Assembly (NCBI GenBank): GCA_001179505.1
Contig: CDMY01000401.1
Span: forward strand, 1 to 64,000
Origin: Vitrella brassicaformis CCMP3155
Lineage: Eukaryota > Protista > Chromerida
Length of the DNA: 64,000 nucleotides
Direction of reading: 5' to 3'
In this document: positions 9,213-20,495 of the stretch, piece after piece
How the letters are laid out: each line of letters starts with the position of its first letter
How positions within the stretch are numbered: position 1 is the stretch's first letter
Translations under genes and position numbers: made by a program
Notes under the pieces: generated by a model
What the model was told of the DNA's origin: nothing
Seen by the model: the letters and a program-made list of their open reading frames with translations, nothing else
Databases searched by the model: none

Positions 9213-11559
9213 ATGCAGCACCATTCGCGTCCTCCCTACGGCTTTGTGCCTTACCAGGCTGCTGTGTACCACCCCATGCCCCCCTTGCATGCTGTGTACC
9301 ACCCCATGCCCCCCTTGCATGCTTTATCTGGAGTGCCGGTGGCCGCACTGCCCACTAGAGGCTTCTACAACCACCTGCCGCCGCCTCCATCCCCCCCTGC
9401 TGGCTGGAGCAGCTCCATCTCGTGCAGCGCCCACCCGAAGACACCCCCTTTGGTCCCTCCCAACAACAGCAGTGCTGCCAGGCGCCCTCCCATCGCCGCA
9501 TTCATGCGGTCACACCAGCGGCAGCCAGCACAGCCACGGGAGGCCATCGGGCATGTCGGCCGGGGCCAGCAGGGGTCATCTGATAAGGGAGAGGGGACGG
9601 GATTCATGTTTTCATGTTGGGGCGGCCAGTGGCACCGCCGGGAGAGGGAGAGGGAGAGGGCGGCGGAGATTATCGTTGAGGAGGAGGGTGACGAGGAGGG
9701 CACCATCGCGGTGGAGAATCTTTTTTGGCGAGCCGGCCAACACCATTGCAGAGGAGGAGCTATTCACCGAGCCGGCCGCCGCCACATTTGCCGCCAGGGG
9801 CAAGACGACCAGCACCCCAGTCCAGCAGCCCCGAGGAGACTCGCCGCCACCATCGCCAGCCCCAACCAGCCGCACTCCACCATCACCATCGGCCATCGGC
9901 GAGGCCTCACTCGGCGCCCTCAGCCCACAGCGCGACACCATTGGCGAGGCTCCACTCGGCACTTTCCGTGCCCAGCACGGACACCCTCAGCCGAGTGACG
10001 AGAAGCCACACCAGCCAGAAGCAGCAGTAGCCGAGGCACACTGCCCGGAGACGCCCCCACCACCACCAGGCGGCGACTCGCCGTCGTCGACCGACGACGC
10101 CCAAGGCAGTCCCGCTACCGACAGCGACGCGTCGCCCCCTGAGGCGCCGCTCCCTCCCGTCCCGCCAGCTCTCACCGAAGGCGACTCTCTGCAGTGCGAC
10201 GGCGAGTCGTCCTTCGAGTGCGGACGGCAGCTGGCGGGGGGCAGGGGGGAGTGCACAGTCTTAGAGGGGCGCTTCACCAGAGGGGAGGTGACGCTGCCGG
10301 CGGTGCTGAAGCACATCAGCGCCGACCAGCGCAAGGAGGGCAGCGAGAGGGCGGTGCATCTGCAGGGGTGTCTGAGGGAGGAGGCCGAGAGGATGACGGA
10401 TGCACTCGCCACCGTCAGGGCCGTCGCCCAGTACCGCATCGACGAGCTGTTCGACCAGATCCAGCAGCCGACGGGCAGGGCGGTCATCGCGCCTGACCTG
10501 CTGGTCTTCGCGGAGGACCTCGAGCAGCTGCGGCCGGTAGTGTCGGGCAGCGGCGAGCGGCTGTGTGGGGGAGGCGCGTGCCTAATTATGAGTAAAGTTG
10601 GCAATGGTGAGTTCAACACACGCACACACGCCCACCCAGCCCCCCATTTTGCATGGGTCTTCTTCCTTGTGTGTGTGTGTGCAGGCCAGTCACTGTCTAG
10701 GTTTCTTTTGAAGACGCCCCGACCGCTGCTGAAGCCCGTGATCGCCGTGAACCTCATCAAAGTCCTCCACGCCCTCCATGAGGCCGGCATCGTCCACAAT
10801 GACCTCCACCGAGCTAATGTGATGCTGCTGGACGAATCGACTGGCGAGCTGGCCCTGATCGATTTCGAGACGAGCCGGAACATGGCCCACCAGCACCATA
10901 CCAAGCTCGCCAGTCGCCCCTGCCAGCCCTGCATCACCCTGCACAACCTGCGGGCCATCATGGATGGGCGAGCGACGATGTCAACCTGCCCGGACGAGAG
11001 CATCTCGTACGAATCCGACATCGTCTGCGTCGCCAACACCGTCCTCTGGCTGGCCCTCGACAACGTGTACGCCGCAGGCATGGCCTATATGTCGGCCTTC
11101 AAGGCCATCGAGGGCCTCATGCAGGCGGTGGCGGACGGCCGGCTCACCGACATGGAGGCGGTGGCGGACGCCTATGTGGAGGCGGTGGAGAAGGTTCACC
11201 AGGAGGTCAGCGGCAGGCTGCTGCGCGGCGACAGCTCCCTGACGGACGCCACCAGGCCACTGGCTCGCAGGGCTATCGACGTGTACCGAGCGGTGTGCGT
11301 CGGCCACGCCAGGGGCCTGTCGGCGGCGGAGCTGAGGGGTTTGCTGGGCGCCTACGCTGACGAGACCATCACCGGTCAGGCATTAGCTATTGTCTACATG
11401 AGCACAGGAGACATGGGCGAAGTGTTGTCTGTGTCCCTGTCTGTTTGTTGTGTGCGTCCATGGAATGCAGAGGTTCTCAGGATTGTCGCCACTGCCCCAC
11501 CCCCGAAGGAGGCCCCGCCTGACGACGATGACGATAGCGATGAGGAGGATGACGAGTAG
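9213..11559 (+). CDS. Atypical protein kinase-like protein with long Pro-rich N-terminus; one frameshift at ~9720-9726
   Basis: Catalytic loop HNDLHRANV, DFE motif (LIDFETSR), degenerate Gly loop LAGGRGECTV and AVLK. Intron 10607-10684. The N-terminal frame (MQHHSRPPYG...) and the main frame join only if one T is removed from the T-run (ENLF/GEPA). Confidence 0.7.
9261..9323 (+). repeat. Perfect 30-bp tandem duplication (AVYHPMPPLH x2)
   Basis: gctgtgtaccaccccatgccccccttgcat at 9261 and 9291. Confidence 0.95.
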
Positions 11560-11605
11560 TGAGTCCCGCATGTCGATGCCTAGTGTGTAGAAGGGTGGCC
11601 CACAG

Positions 11606-13850
11606 ATGGGGCAGGAGCAGCGGATGGCGGTGGTTGATGAGGGTGCGAGGGAGAGGGAGGGAGAGCTCCAGCGGCAGCTCAAAGCGGCACTGGCCGAGAG
11701 GAAGACCATGAGGCGGCAGATCGAGATGATGGACAGCCAGATCCAGCGGATGCAGCACCAGCAGCAGTACACCCACACCCATACCCGCCTGTCACCGGCT
11801 GACAGCGAGGCCAACACCACCGCCACACGTGCCATCCCCTCCCCAGTGTCAGCATCCGTCGACGGCAGGGCGAGTCGATGGCTCTCGATGAGGACGGAGC
11901 GAAGGCCACGGGCACCCAGAAGCTCTGCAGATACCTCAGGAAGGTGCAGAAGGACCGAGAGCAAAGGCTGGTCATCAAGCCGGCACTCGCCAGCGTCAAG
12001 GGCAGCCGCGATGCCGTAATCGAGGACGTCTTCTGGGGCGTTAATTCCAACGAAGACGGCTTCACCGAGCGGGGCGACTTCGAGAGGTACTTTGTGCTGC
12101 GCAATTCGGGTGGACGGTGGGCGAGATGGCCGCCATGTGGCAGTTCCTTGTCCGCTTCACACAGCCGCCAGCCGTCCGGCAAGCAGACTTCGAGGCCTTC
12201 AAAGTGGTAGGTTGCTGGTGAGCAACTGACCACCCATTCCGCCAGACAGGCAGAGTGTCATCAGTGTGTGTCTGTGTGTGTTCAGAATGTCGACCCGTCA
12301 GAGGCGCTTCAGCGGAGCTGTGAGAGGAGAACGAGGCCCACAAGAGTGGAGTCGACCGCAGCACCAAGGAACTCACCGTCTCAAAGGAAGCCGCCATCGC
12401 GCGAAAGCCCAACGACAGTGACCCCACTAGCGACGCTGCCCCAAAAGGTGAGCCAGGTTTCTGTCCCTCTGTCAGTGCCGTTTCATTGCTTGTGTGTCAC
12501 ATGTGTCCACAGGCGGCTCTCTGACCAGCCGTGGCCGCGAGGCTGATGGCGACGTCCTCAGGGCGCTTGAGCTGCAGGTGGGTTGGTGGGGGGCAACCAA
12601 CTGAGCCATCCATCCATCGCATTCATGTCTGTCTGATTATCCGCCTGTCCCCATACGCACATTCAGGTTGACCATTAGAAGAGCGTTGTGGGTCGCTGCA
12701 GCGGCTGCGAGAGGTCGACAAGGCGCGAGTAGAGCTGGAAGACAGACTGACGTCAGAGAGAGCTGCACAGCGACGCATGACAGGTGAGAGGCGCCAATGC
12801 CCAACGGCAGCCATCGGTGTTGCTCATATGTCTGTGTGTGTGTCGTGTCGGCGTGTGTCAGGCGATCCGTCGGCTTCAGTACAAGTTGGACCACGAGGCC
12901 GAGGAGGCCCTGCAAGCCGAGGGGCGCGATAGAAGATGCCTCATATAAAGACCAACTCGAACTCGTCAAGGACGACCTGCAGGCAGGCAGGCAAGTACAC
13001 ACTCACAGACACGTTGTCGCGACACGAGTCCATCCATCCATTATCCCTCCGTGTTGTCCCTGCAGCTGACATGTGAGCGTTTGGAGGCGGCGCACCAGCA
13101 GCTGCAGTTGAAGCGGCAGCAGCTGGAGCAGCAGCACCGGACCACCAGTCATACTGCGACGTACTCTCACAACAAGTCGCCGCCTTCAGCCACACGTCGC
13201 CCAGTCACTCACACAGGGCAACGAGGACCGCCTCCTCAGGTCTCACCCCCCAGGCACACCAGGCCGCCCTCGCCCTCCAGAACGCACCCGCCAACACGAT
13301 GCCGATGCAGCAGCAGCAGCAGGAGGACAACACATGTGGCGGCCCCGCCGTCATTCCTGGGGAGTCCTGGCATGGGCTGGATGCACACCCATGGCATCGG
13401 CTGGGTCACGTCAAGCTGGGCGAGATCAACAAACAGACGGACAGCTGCCGCGCCCTACCCACATTGACGGGGCGTCCGCATCTACGCGCATCAGTGCTAC
13501 TCAGCCGACGGCGACGGGCGGGTGGGCGGACCAAAGCACCCCATGTCAAAGGCAAGCTGCGCAGCTCTCGACGGGCCTACCTGCAGATCGATGCCGGCGG
13601 CTCTCCACGGAGAGGGAGAGGTTTCGTTGTTTGTTTTTCCTACCGCAGCTGGCCGCCAGGCGACCGACAGTCAATCGTCTCGGACACCATACGCGCACCC
13701 ATGGCCAAGGACTCGACGGCAGCAGGCCCCTCACGTGTGTTGGGGCACGCCTCACGGCAGACGACCACGGGCTGGAGGAAGGCGGCCATGACGGACGGCA
13801 TCAGCAGCGGCGTCGCTGCAGCGTCCCGTATCGGCGTATGTTGACCGAAT
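11606..13850 (+). pseudogene. Multi-exon coiled-coil protein gene with several frameshifts
   Basis: Heptad-rich segments (RQLKAALAERKTMRRQIEMMD; LEERCGSLQRLREVDKARVELEDRL; YKDQLELVKDDLQ; LEAAHQQLQLKRQQLEQQ). Frame changes at ~11870 (agggcgag) and at least two within 12860-12930. Confidence 0.5.
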
Positions 13851-14061
13851 GCCTTCGCGTGACCTCATACAAATCATTTGTTGTCACTTCTGCATGTGTG
13901 CTGTGGTCAGCCAGAACATACCATTGCACGTACACCATGTCAGGCATGTGTAGACGTAACCTCAAGCGAAATGCGTGTTCATTAATGTGTCTCGATTGTC
14001 GGCTGACGCATTTATTGTCCATGTTGCACGTAACTCATGCCAGAGTCGATGTCAGGCGCCG

Positions 14062-14670
14062 TCACTTGGCGCCGCCGGCAGCGATCTGCAAAGCCACAGC
14101 AACAATCAAAGCCACACAAGCAGAGATGAGTGAGCCATCGACCTGAGTGAGGGCGGCACAGGTGGGCTGCTGTGCTTGTTTGTTGCCGCCGTCGTTATCG
14201 CCGTCGCCGTCATCGTCGAAGTACTTTGAGCACACAGGCACAGATGGGCGGACGGATGGATGGATGGATCGCAGTCTGGCTGTCTTACTTTTGAATTTCT
14301 TGTGTTCCTTGCATGCCTTCGAAATGCCCATCAGCTCCAGGGCGATTTTCTTCTGTTTCTTCGTCATCGACTGGTCTCCGCATTCGCCAGCGAAGATCAT
14401 ATTCGCGAACTGCAGCATTTGGCCGACCCATTGGACCTCGCCATGAGGGTCATTCGGGAAAAGGTCTTGAGAGGAGGGAAGCTGTCCGCCAGGGAGCATA
14501 GACGCAGTCCCGTGCAGGACTTGGTGCGAATCCTTGAGAATGGCTGTCAGACACACACACACACACACAGGGGAGAGAGGTGTCCGTCGTTTATGTGTTA
14601 CCTCGGATGTCTTCTTCCGTGATTGAGGCGGGGTCCTTGGGTTCAGCGGGACACTGATCCTGCTTCATTG
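14062..14670 (-). CDS. Hypothetical protein, spliced fragment (MKQDQCPAEPKDP...AILKDSHQVLHG...LELMGISKACKEHKKFK)
   Basis: Exons join in phase (cga g|gtaac...gacag|cc att). 5' end uncertain; no family recognised. Confidence 0.4.
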
Positions 14671-14949
14671 CTGAAACCCTGACAGACACAGACACCGACA
14701 CAGATGAGAGTGAAAGAGACTGTGTCGGTGTGGACAGTTGCTCATCTAGACACCTTTTGACGAGTAGCGTTGAGGCGATGATGATATTTATCGGTGACGG
14801 CATCGTGACAGCACCGATGAATGACGCCAAATGAGCTGACACACACACACACACACACACTTATGTACATACACACATTCGCTGACGCCTCTCGTCTCTC
14901 TCTCCCTCTCTGTGTGATGTGTGTGTGGATGACCTGCTTGCTTGCTCAC

Positions 14950-16822
14950 CCGCGTACAAGTACGACTTGGCGAACCACAGCGATCGGCAGTCGTCGCTGA
15001 CTGGCGTGTGAGCGGTGGGGCAGGGGACGTTCGTGTGAGTGGCAGCGTAGCCCAGACATCGCTCCTCGTGCAGGCCCACCTCTGACGCGTGCTGCTCGAC
15101 ACACACACACACACACAACACCAATGAGCGAGTGGATGCGACTGAGCAAAGGGGACTGACTGACCTTGCCGACGAGGAATGGGTATCCCCCGTCGCAGCC
15201 TTGGTTGTATGGCGAACAGCTCAGCACCGCCTGGGCAGAGAGTACAGGAGTCACGTCACGCACACCACGGCGGCTCAGCTCGATACGGAAGCGGCTCTGT
15301 AGGGCGTATGCGGATGCGATGGCGTAACAGCTGCCGCAGTCTTGTTGGTTGATGACATCGTCCCCTGAAACTCCCAGCTCGCCCTCGCAGCTGAAACTCG
15401 CCGGCAGCTCGTGCTGGCCGCCTCGCGTCTCTGTCGTGGGTGGTGTCGAGGTGGCGGCCGACGGGCAGGGGAAGTTGCTGGCAAAGAGCGCACGCGACTG
15501 CAGGAACGACACCCCACCGCTTCGCCGCAGCACGGAGCCAATGGTGGGTCGGCGGCCGGGTTCGAGAATGAATGAATTAGGGGGAGGGATGACGTCGTCA
15601 CTGGGCGGGTGGTGGTGGTACCTCACAAACATGGGCCGGCGGGAGGCACACACGCCGGTGCCGAGTGCTGTCGTTGTTGTTGTGGGCGTGTTGGCGTCGC
15701 CCTCACTGTCTGGTTGTGTGCTGTCGGCTGAGGGGGCGATGTGGCGCACATAGTTTGTGGTGCGAGGCGGGCGGAGAGTGCGGTTGCTGAGCTTGGACCC
15801 AACGAAGCAGCCATACTCAGACGCGTCACTGTGCCAGCCGATCTGTGCGACAACACAAGAACACAACACACACACACACACACCACAAGTCGTGTTTGTG
15901 TATGTGTGTGGGTGGGTGTTTGTGTGTGTGTGTGTTTGTGTGTGGGTGTCTTAGTGTTGCATGTGTGACCTGTGTCTTGTGACAGTGCGAGACGTAGCAC
16001 TGAGTTCTGCCGTGATTGTCCTCACCTGTGAGATGGAAACACACACATGGGAGATGCAGTGTGTGTCAACGGCCGGCTGGTTGGCTGGTTGAGTACCTAG
16101 TCCGTTGTGCGGCGGAGGGCAGTTGGCTTCAGACGTGGGTGCATAGTGGCTGAACGCGAACAGCACTCGGCCATTGTCGAGACACACCTCAAAGCCCTGA
16201 TAAACAACATCCACGGAGACATGAGATGGATGACCATCCATCCATCCATCCGTCCATTCATTCATTCATTCATTGGGCTGACCTCGTCGTCGACCATTGT
16301 CCATCTGCCGATGTCACCGCTCGTCCTGTCGCCGTCCCTCACCACCAGCCGCTTCCAGTCCTCACGGCCGCTCGTTCCGTCAGCCGCCTCGTCTGTTGTC
16401 AGCTGTACAGTGATGCACTCACCCACGCCGCCACGGTTAGCCTCGAGCCACGACGAGTAATTCTGCACACACACACACACACACACAGAGGAGAGAATAG
16501 GCAAGCAAGTGCATGTCTCTGGTCCTCTCATTCATATGTTGACTCACCGACAGCCGCAGATTGCCCAGATTGGTGTTGGGAGTCTGCACACACAACGCAT
16601 GCGGCACTGTGTCTCTCTCATTGGCGCATCCTCTCAGACTGACAGTCATTCACTCACGTCGCTCCCACAGCGAGGCAGGTGGACGTCTCTGTCTCTGTCA
16701 AGGCAGAACCGCCAGAGACCAGCAACGTCGCTGGTCAGGCAGTGGACAGGCAAGTCAGATCTGACGTTGCGAATCAGAGCCAAGAGGACGATGAGAGCCA
16801 ACAGGAGGCCCTTCATGGTCAT
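14950..16822 (-). pseudogene. DPAP: Cathepsin C / dipeptidyl aminopeptidase (DPAP), 3'-truncated
   Basis: Signal peptide MTMKGLLLALIVLLALI, exclusion domain (SDLPVHCL, WTMVDDEGFEV, CYVSHCHKTQIGW), catalytic QQDCGSCYAIAS and SCSPYNQGCDGGYPFLVGK, ending at YLYAG. No His (NHAV) or Asn (NSWG) exons were found downstream. Confidence 0.85.
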
Positions 16823-17158
16823 CTCTGAGGCGTCCTGCTTCTTGCAATTGCAACCCAGACAAACAGCAATGACCCGCAAAGAAGCTCAAGGGTCTTAAGC
16901 AATCTGCAATACGAACGAACAAAGACATGTGTGTACACACACGATCGATGTGTGTACACACAAACACAAACATTTCGTTCATTCGTTGGTTCATTTAGCT
17001 TCTCTGCAGTGTCTTCATTATTCACCTGCCAGTGCACTGTTCGTCGTCCGCGCAGCCATCATGATCATCATCTGTGCGTCACCATCTGTGCGTCACATTG
17101 ACTGTCAGCCCTCAGTCTCACTCGTTCACTCACGCCAAACCACAACAGAGACACCAAC

Positions 17159-17194
17159 ACTCTATCTCTATCTCTATCTCTATCTCTATCTCTC
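17159..17194. repeat. (TATCTC)n hexanucleotide microsatellite
   Basis: tctatctctatctctatctctatctctatctctc. Confidence 0.8.
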
Positions 17195-17910
17195 TACATC
17201 GATGAAAAGGACCATCACTGTGCACGTCTTGCCGGCGACAAAGACCGGCCTGTACACACCACAGAAACAAGATATGCACTGGTTCTTCCGTGTCGGTTCG
17301 TCATCCAGTATGCGATCTTTTCACCGCTGTGAGATCCCTGCCATGCGCCGGTATCGAAACCACTCCGGTGAGCCGCACATGGTGTTTTCCTTGCCGTCCT
17401 TGGTCAGCTGCGGAGGGCAAGGAAAGCGGACTGACTTTCACTCATCGTCCTGCTCTCTTTTCCCTCATAATATCGTACCTCTTCTTGCTTGGCTGCCAAG
17501 GCTCTCCTCCTGACCCATCGGCACACACACACACACACACACATACACACACAAGCACACAATATGTGACACGTTGCGCTCACGCACCTCTGTCCGAGAA
17601 GCAGTTCCCAGACGACGTTGATTCATCCATGACCCACCTCTCCTTCTCCCCTCCGTGCCGGCAGCCTCCGTTGTGCCCTTGCCAGCAGGTGACAGGCACT
17701 GACAGCCAGCGATGAACTTGTACGATTGTCAATTGCCTTTCGCATTGGTATTCTCCGGTCTGATCTTGAGCAAAGAGATCTGATAATGGCATCTTTCTTC
17801 CCCTTAAGATCAGAAGATTTCAAGCTCGCAAGCTCATTGTCCCTTTTCCGTGCAAACAGCCACCAAAGCAGAGGGATACCACTGGGCTGTTGACTTTCAT
17901 ATCATTGCGC

Positions 17911-20198
17911 ATGAAGCGCATCCCGCGCAAGGGCCCAATGAAGGACGGCGCCACCACAGAGAGAGGGCCGATGTCGGCCGCCAGCACGGGAGCGCCAGAG
18001 GCCCTCGACATCAACGCGGTCGTCAACAACCTCGGCGTGGGCATGGCACAAGTCATCTACACCCTCATCGGTGCGCACAACCAATGAATGCATTGCAAGT
18101 TGATGAATTACCATGAAGGTGTTCTTGTGGCGTTCAGGCGGCATGGTGCTCTTTGCGGACGGGGCCGAGGTGCTTGTGCTGTCGGTGATGAACATCATGC
18201 TGGCAAAGGAGCTAAAGATATCCAAGGTGGCCCAGGGGGCCCTCATTTCTATCACGTTCTGCGGCGTCGGGCTCGGCGGATAGTAAGCAACGCATCACAA
18301 TGCGGACACCGCACATGTGTGGTGCCTATTGTGTGGTGTGACACGCAGCCCCTCTGGCTTTATCAGCGACATGTTTGGACGGCGAGTGCCCATCCTGCTG
18401 TCGTTCTTCGGCGTCGTTGCCGTCAACATGCTCACGGTGAGGACGCATGCCCTCTCAGAGGCTCCTCCTGTCTCCAATGGGCATATTCGTGACCTGCAGG
18501 TCTTTACAATGACGTATGGTGTCATTGCGATCTGTTGTTTTATTTCCGGCTGCTTCATGAGGATGGGGGTCCCCGCATGGCAGTGTTTGGCGGTCGAGGT
18601 GTCGCCCACCAGCTGGCGGGTCTTCATCTCGGCAGCGGGCGGCTCGCTCTTCTCTGTGGGGCAGATATACGTCATCGGTATCATATTCCTCACCGACCCC
18701 CGGATGAAGCACCTCGACTGGCGACGGCTGCTCATGTATGTCAGCATTCCTCCCGCCGTGTGCTTTGTCCTGGCTTACTTCCTTCTCTATGAATCGCCGC
18801 ACTTCCTCTACGACCAAAAACAGTATGAGCGGCTGAGAGACGTGATCAGCATGATGGCCTTCTGAAACAGGAGCGAAGTTAAAGGCAAATTGCCGTCGGA
18901 TTCGGACGTGGAGAAGGCTTCCAGTGGCGGAGAGAGAGAAACGACGCGGCCGATGACCTCGCGGCCGACCTTCAGGCGGAATCTCTCTGACATCGTCACT
19001 GAGACCACCAAGAGCCACTGGCAGACCATATTCAGCAAGAAATACTGCTACACCACTATGGTGCTGGCAGTGTGCGCCTTCTGTGTCAATCTCACGAGCT
19101 ACGGACTGCTCTACGCACTGCCTCAGACCTTTCCTGACCTTGAAGGAGGCTTTGGTCAGTAGGAGAGGCACGAGAACAGCAACCACAGACATCTTGTTGA
19201 CGGTCGATTGATTGTCCATCCCCCTTTGCCGACAGGCAACACACCGGCGTACGATCTACTGCAGGCGGCGCTGTTTGAGGTTTTGGGCTGCTTCGCGCTG
19301 GCGCTGCTAGGGGAGCTGCTACCACGCGTGCGAAGCCTCACGTACTCCGCTGTGGGCTCAGGTAGGTAGGGAGGGAAAAGGAGAGACGTGGAGCTGCCAT
19401 CCCCGATTTCTCCGCGTATGTCTGTCCCGTCAGGGATATTCCTGTTCATGTTGCTGTCTGCACTGGTGTTCTGGAGTGCACCCTTGGCTGTATGGAGCGC
19501 CTCACTCGCCAAACTGACGGTGATCTTCCGTACAGACGCAGACCTAAATCACTCAGTCTCACGCTGACTGAGATTGCCGTCATCTCCTCTCTGTGTCTGC
19601 TTCTTGACTGGACAGAGTTCCAGCTGGCTTATCTGTCCATGTCTGAGGTTTACCCCACTGCATGCCGCACCACAGGGGCCTCCCTGATTATCGCTTGCGG
19701 CCGTGTGGGGGCCATCGTGTCTCCCTTGCTCTTCGAGTCGTCCCACATCGTGGCTGACCATCTCGCAGGGATGAACCTCACGGCACATCCGGGATCGCAG
19801 CACTGGTTCTTCTACACGGCACTCTCGCTGGTCAACTTTGTGGTGGCCGTCATATGCCTCTCTTTGCCGTTCGAGACGCGTGGCGCCGCACTCATGGTAA
19901 AAACCGATAGAGGCATTCAGCACAGATAGAACGGGAGCTTTGTCTGGTGTGTCTTCTTTCACAGGACATGGAGATGGAGAAAATGGCGGATACCCGTGTG
20001 GTGAAGCCGGTACTGTGGCGGTCGATGTCGGCCCACCTGCACGGCCACGTCAGTACTCTGACGGTGCACGAGGCCTATGTTGCCCGCAGCAGCACCCAGC
20101 CCATCATGGGCAGGCTGGACGAACACCCAAGGGGGGAGCGTACACCGCTGCTCGGGGGCGCGACGGGCTTGCGGCAGCAGCCCCCAAGACCGGCATGA
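17911..20198 (+). CDS. Major facilitator superfamily transporter (SVOP/SV2-like) with in-frame TGA at 18863-18865
   Basis: LGVGMAQV, FADGAEVLVLS, SDMFGRRVP (motif A), EVSPTSWR, LLYESPHF, SEVYPTACRTTG, GRVGAIVSPLL, LPFETRG. Reading frame is identical on both sides of the TGA. Confidence 0.85.
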
Positions 20199-20495
20199 TA
20201 AGTGTGTGTCGTTGTGTGTGTCGTGTGTGTCGCTGCGGGTGGTGAGGGCGCACACACGATCCGGCGCGTGTGTGACGGGATTTTCTCACTTGTCCGCCTG
20301 TGTTTCCAGCCCACGAACGGTGACAGGGGAACAGACAAACAGAGAAACAGACAAACAGACAAACAGACAAACAGACAGGCCCAACGCTCTCCCGTCCATC
20401 CATCTATTATGAATGCCACACAACTACACTACCGCCAACGGACCGGATGTGTCAGGAACAACAAATACAGAGCATTCAGCTCACACATGACACGC

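Noticed and set aside
9088-9720. The 823-aa ORF 9088-11559 as the true kinase N-terminus
   Set aside because: Upstream of ~9726 this frame reads as non-coding-like text. The alternative frame from ATG 9213 is protein-like and joins via a 1-nt shift in a T-run.
17230-17830. Possible small minus-strand gene with a kinase-like TMCGSPEW string
   Set aside because: No other kinase motifs are present, and I could not build a phase-consistent, stop-free exon chain.
18863-18865. Genome-wide stop-codon reassignment (TGA=Trp or TAG=Gln)
   Set aside because: Trp is encoded by TGG in conserved motifs. TGA and TAG terminate other genes at expected positions (DPH7 TGA, NUP155 and BTB TAG). Only isolated internal stops were seen.
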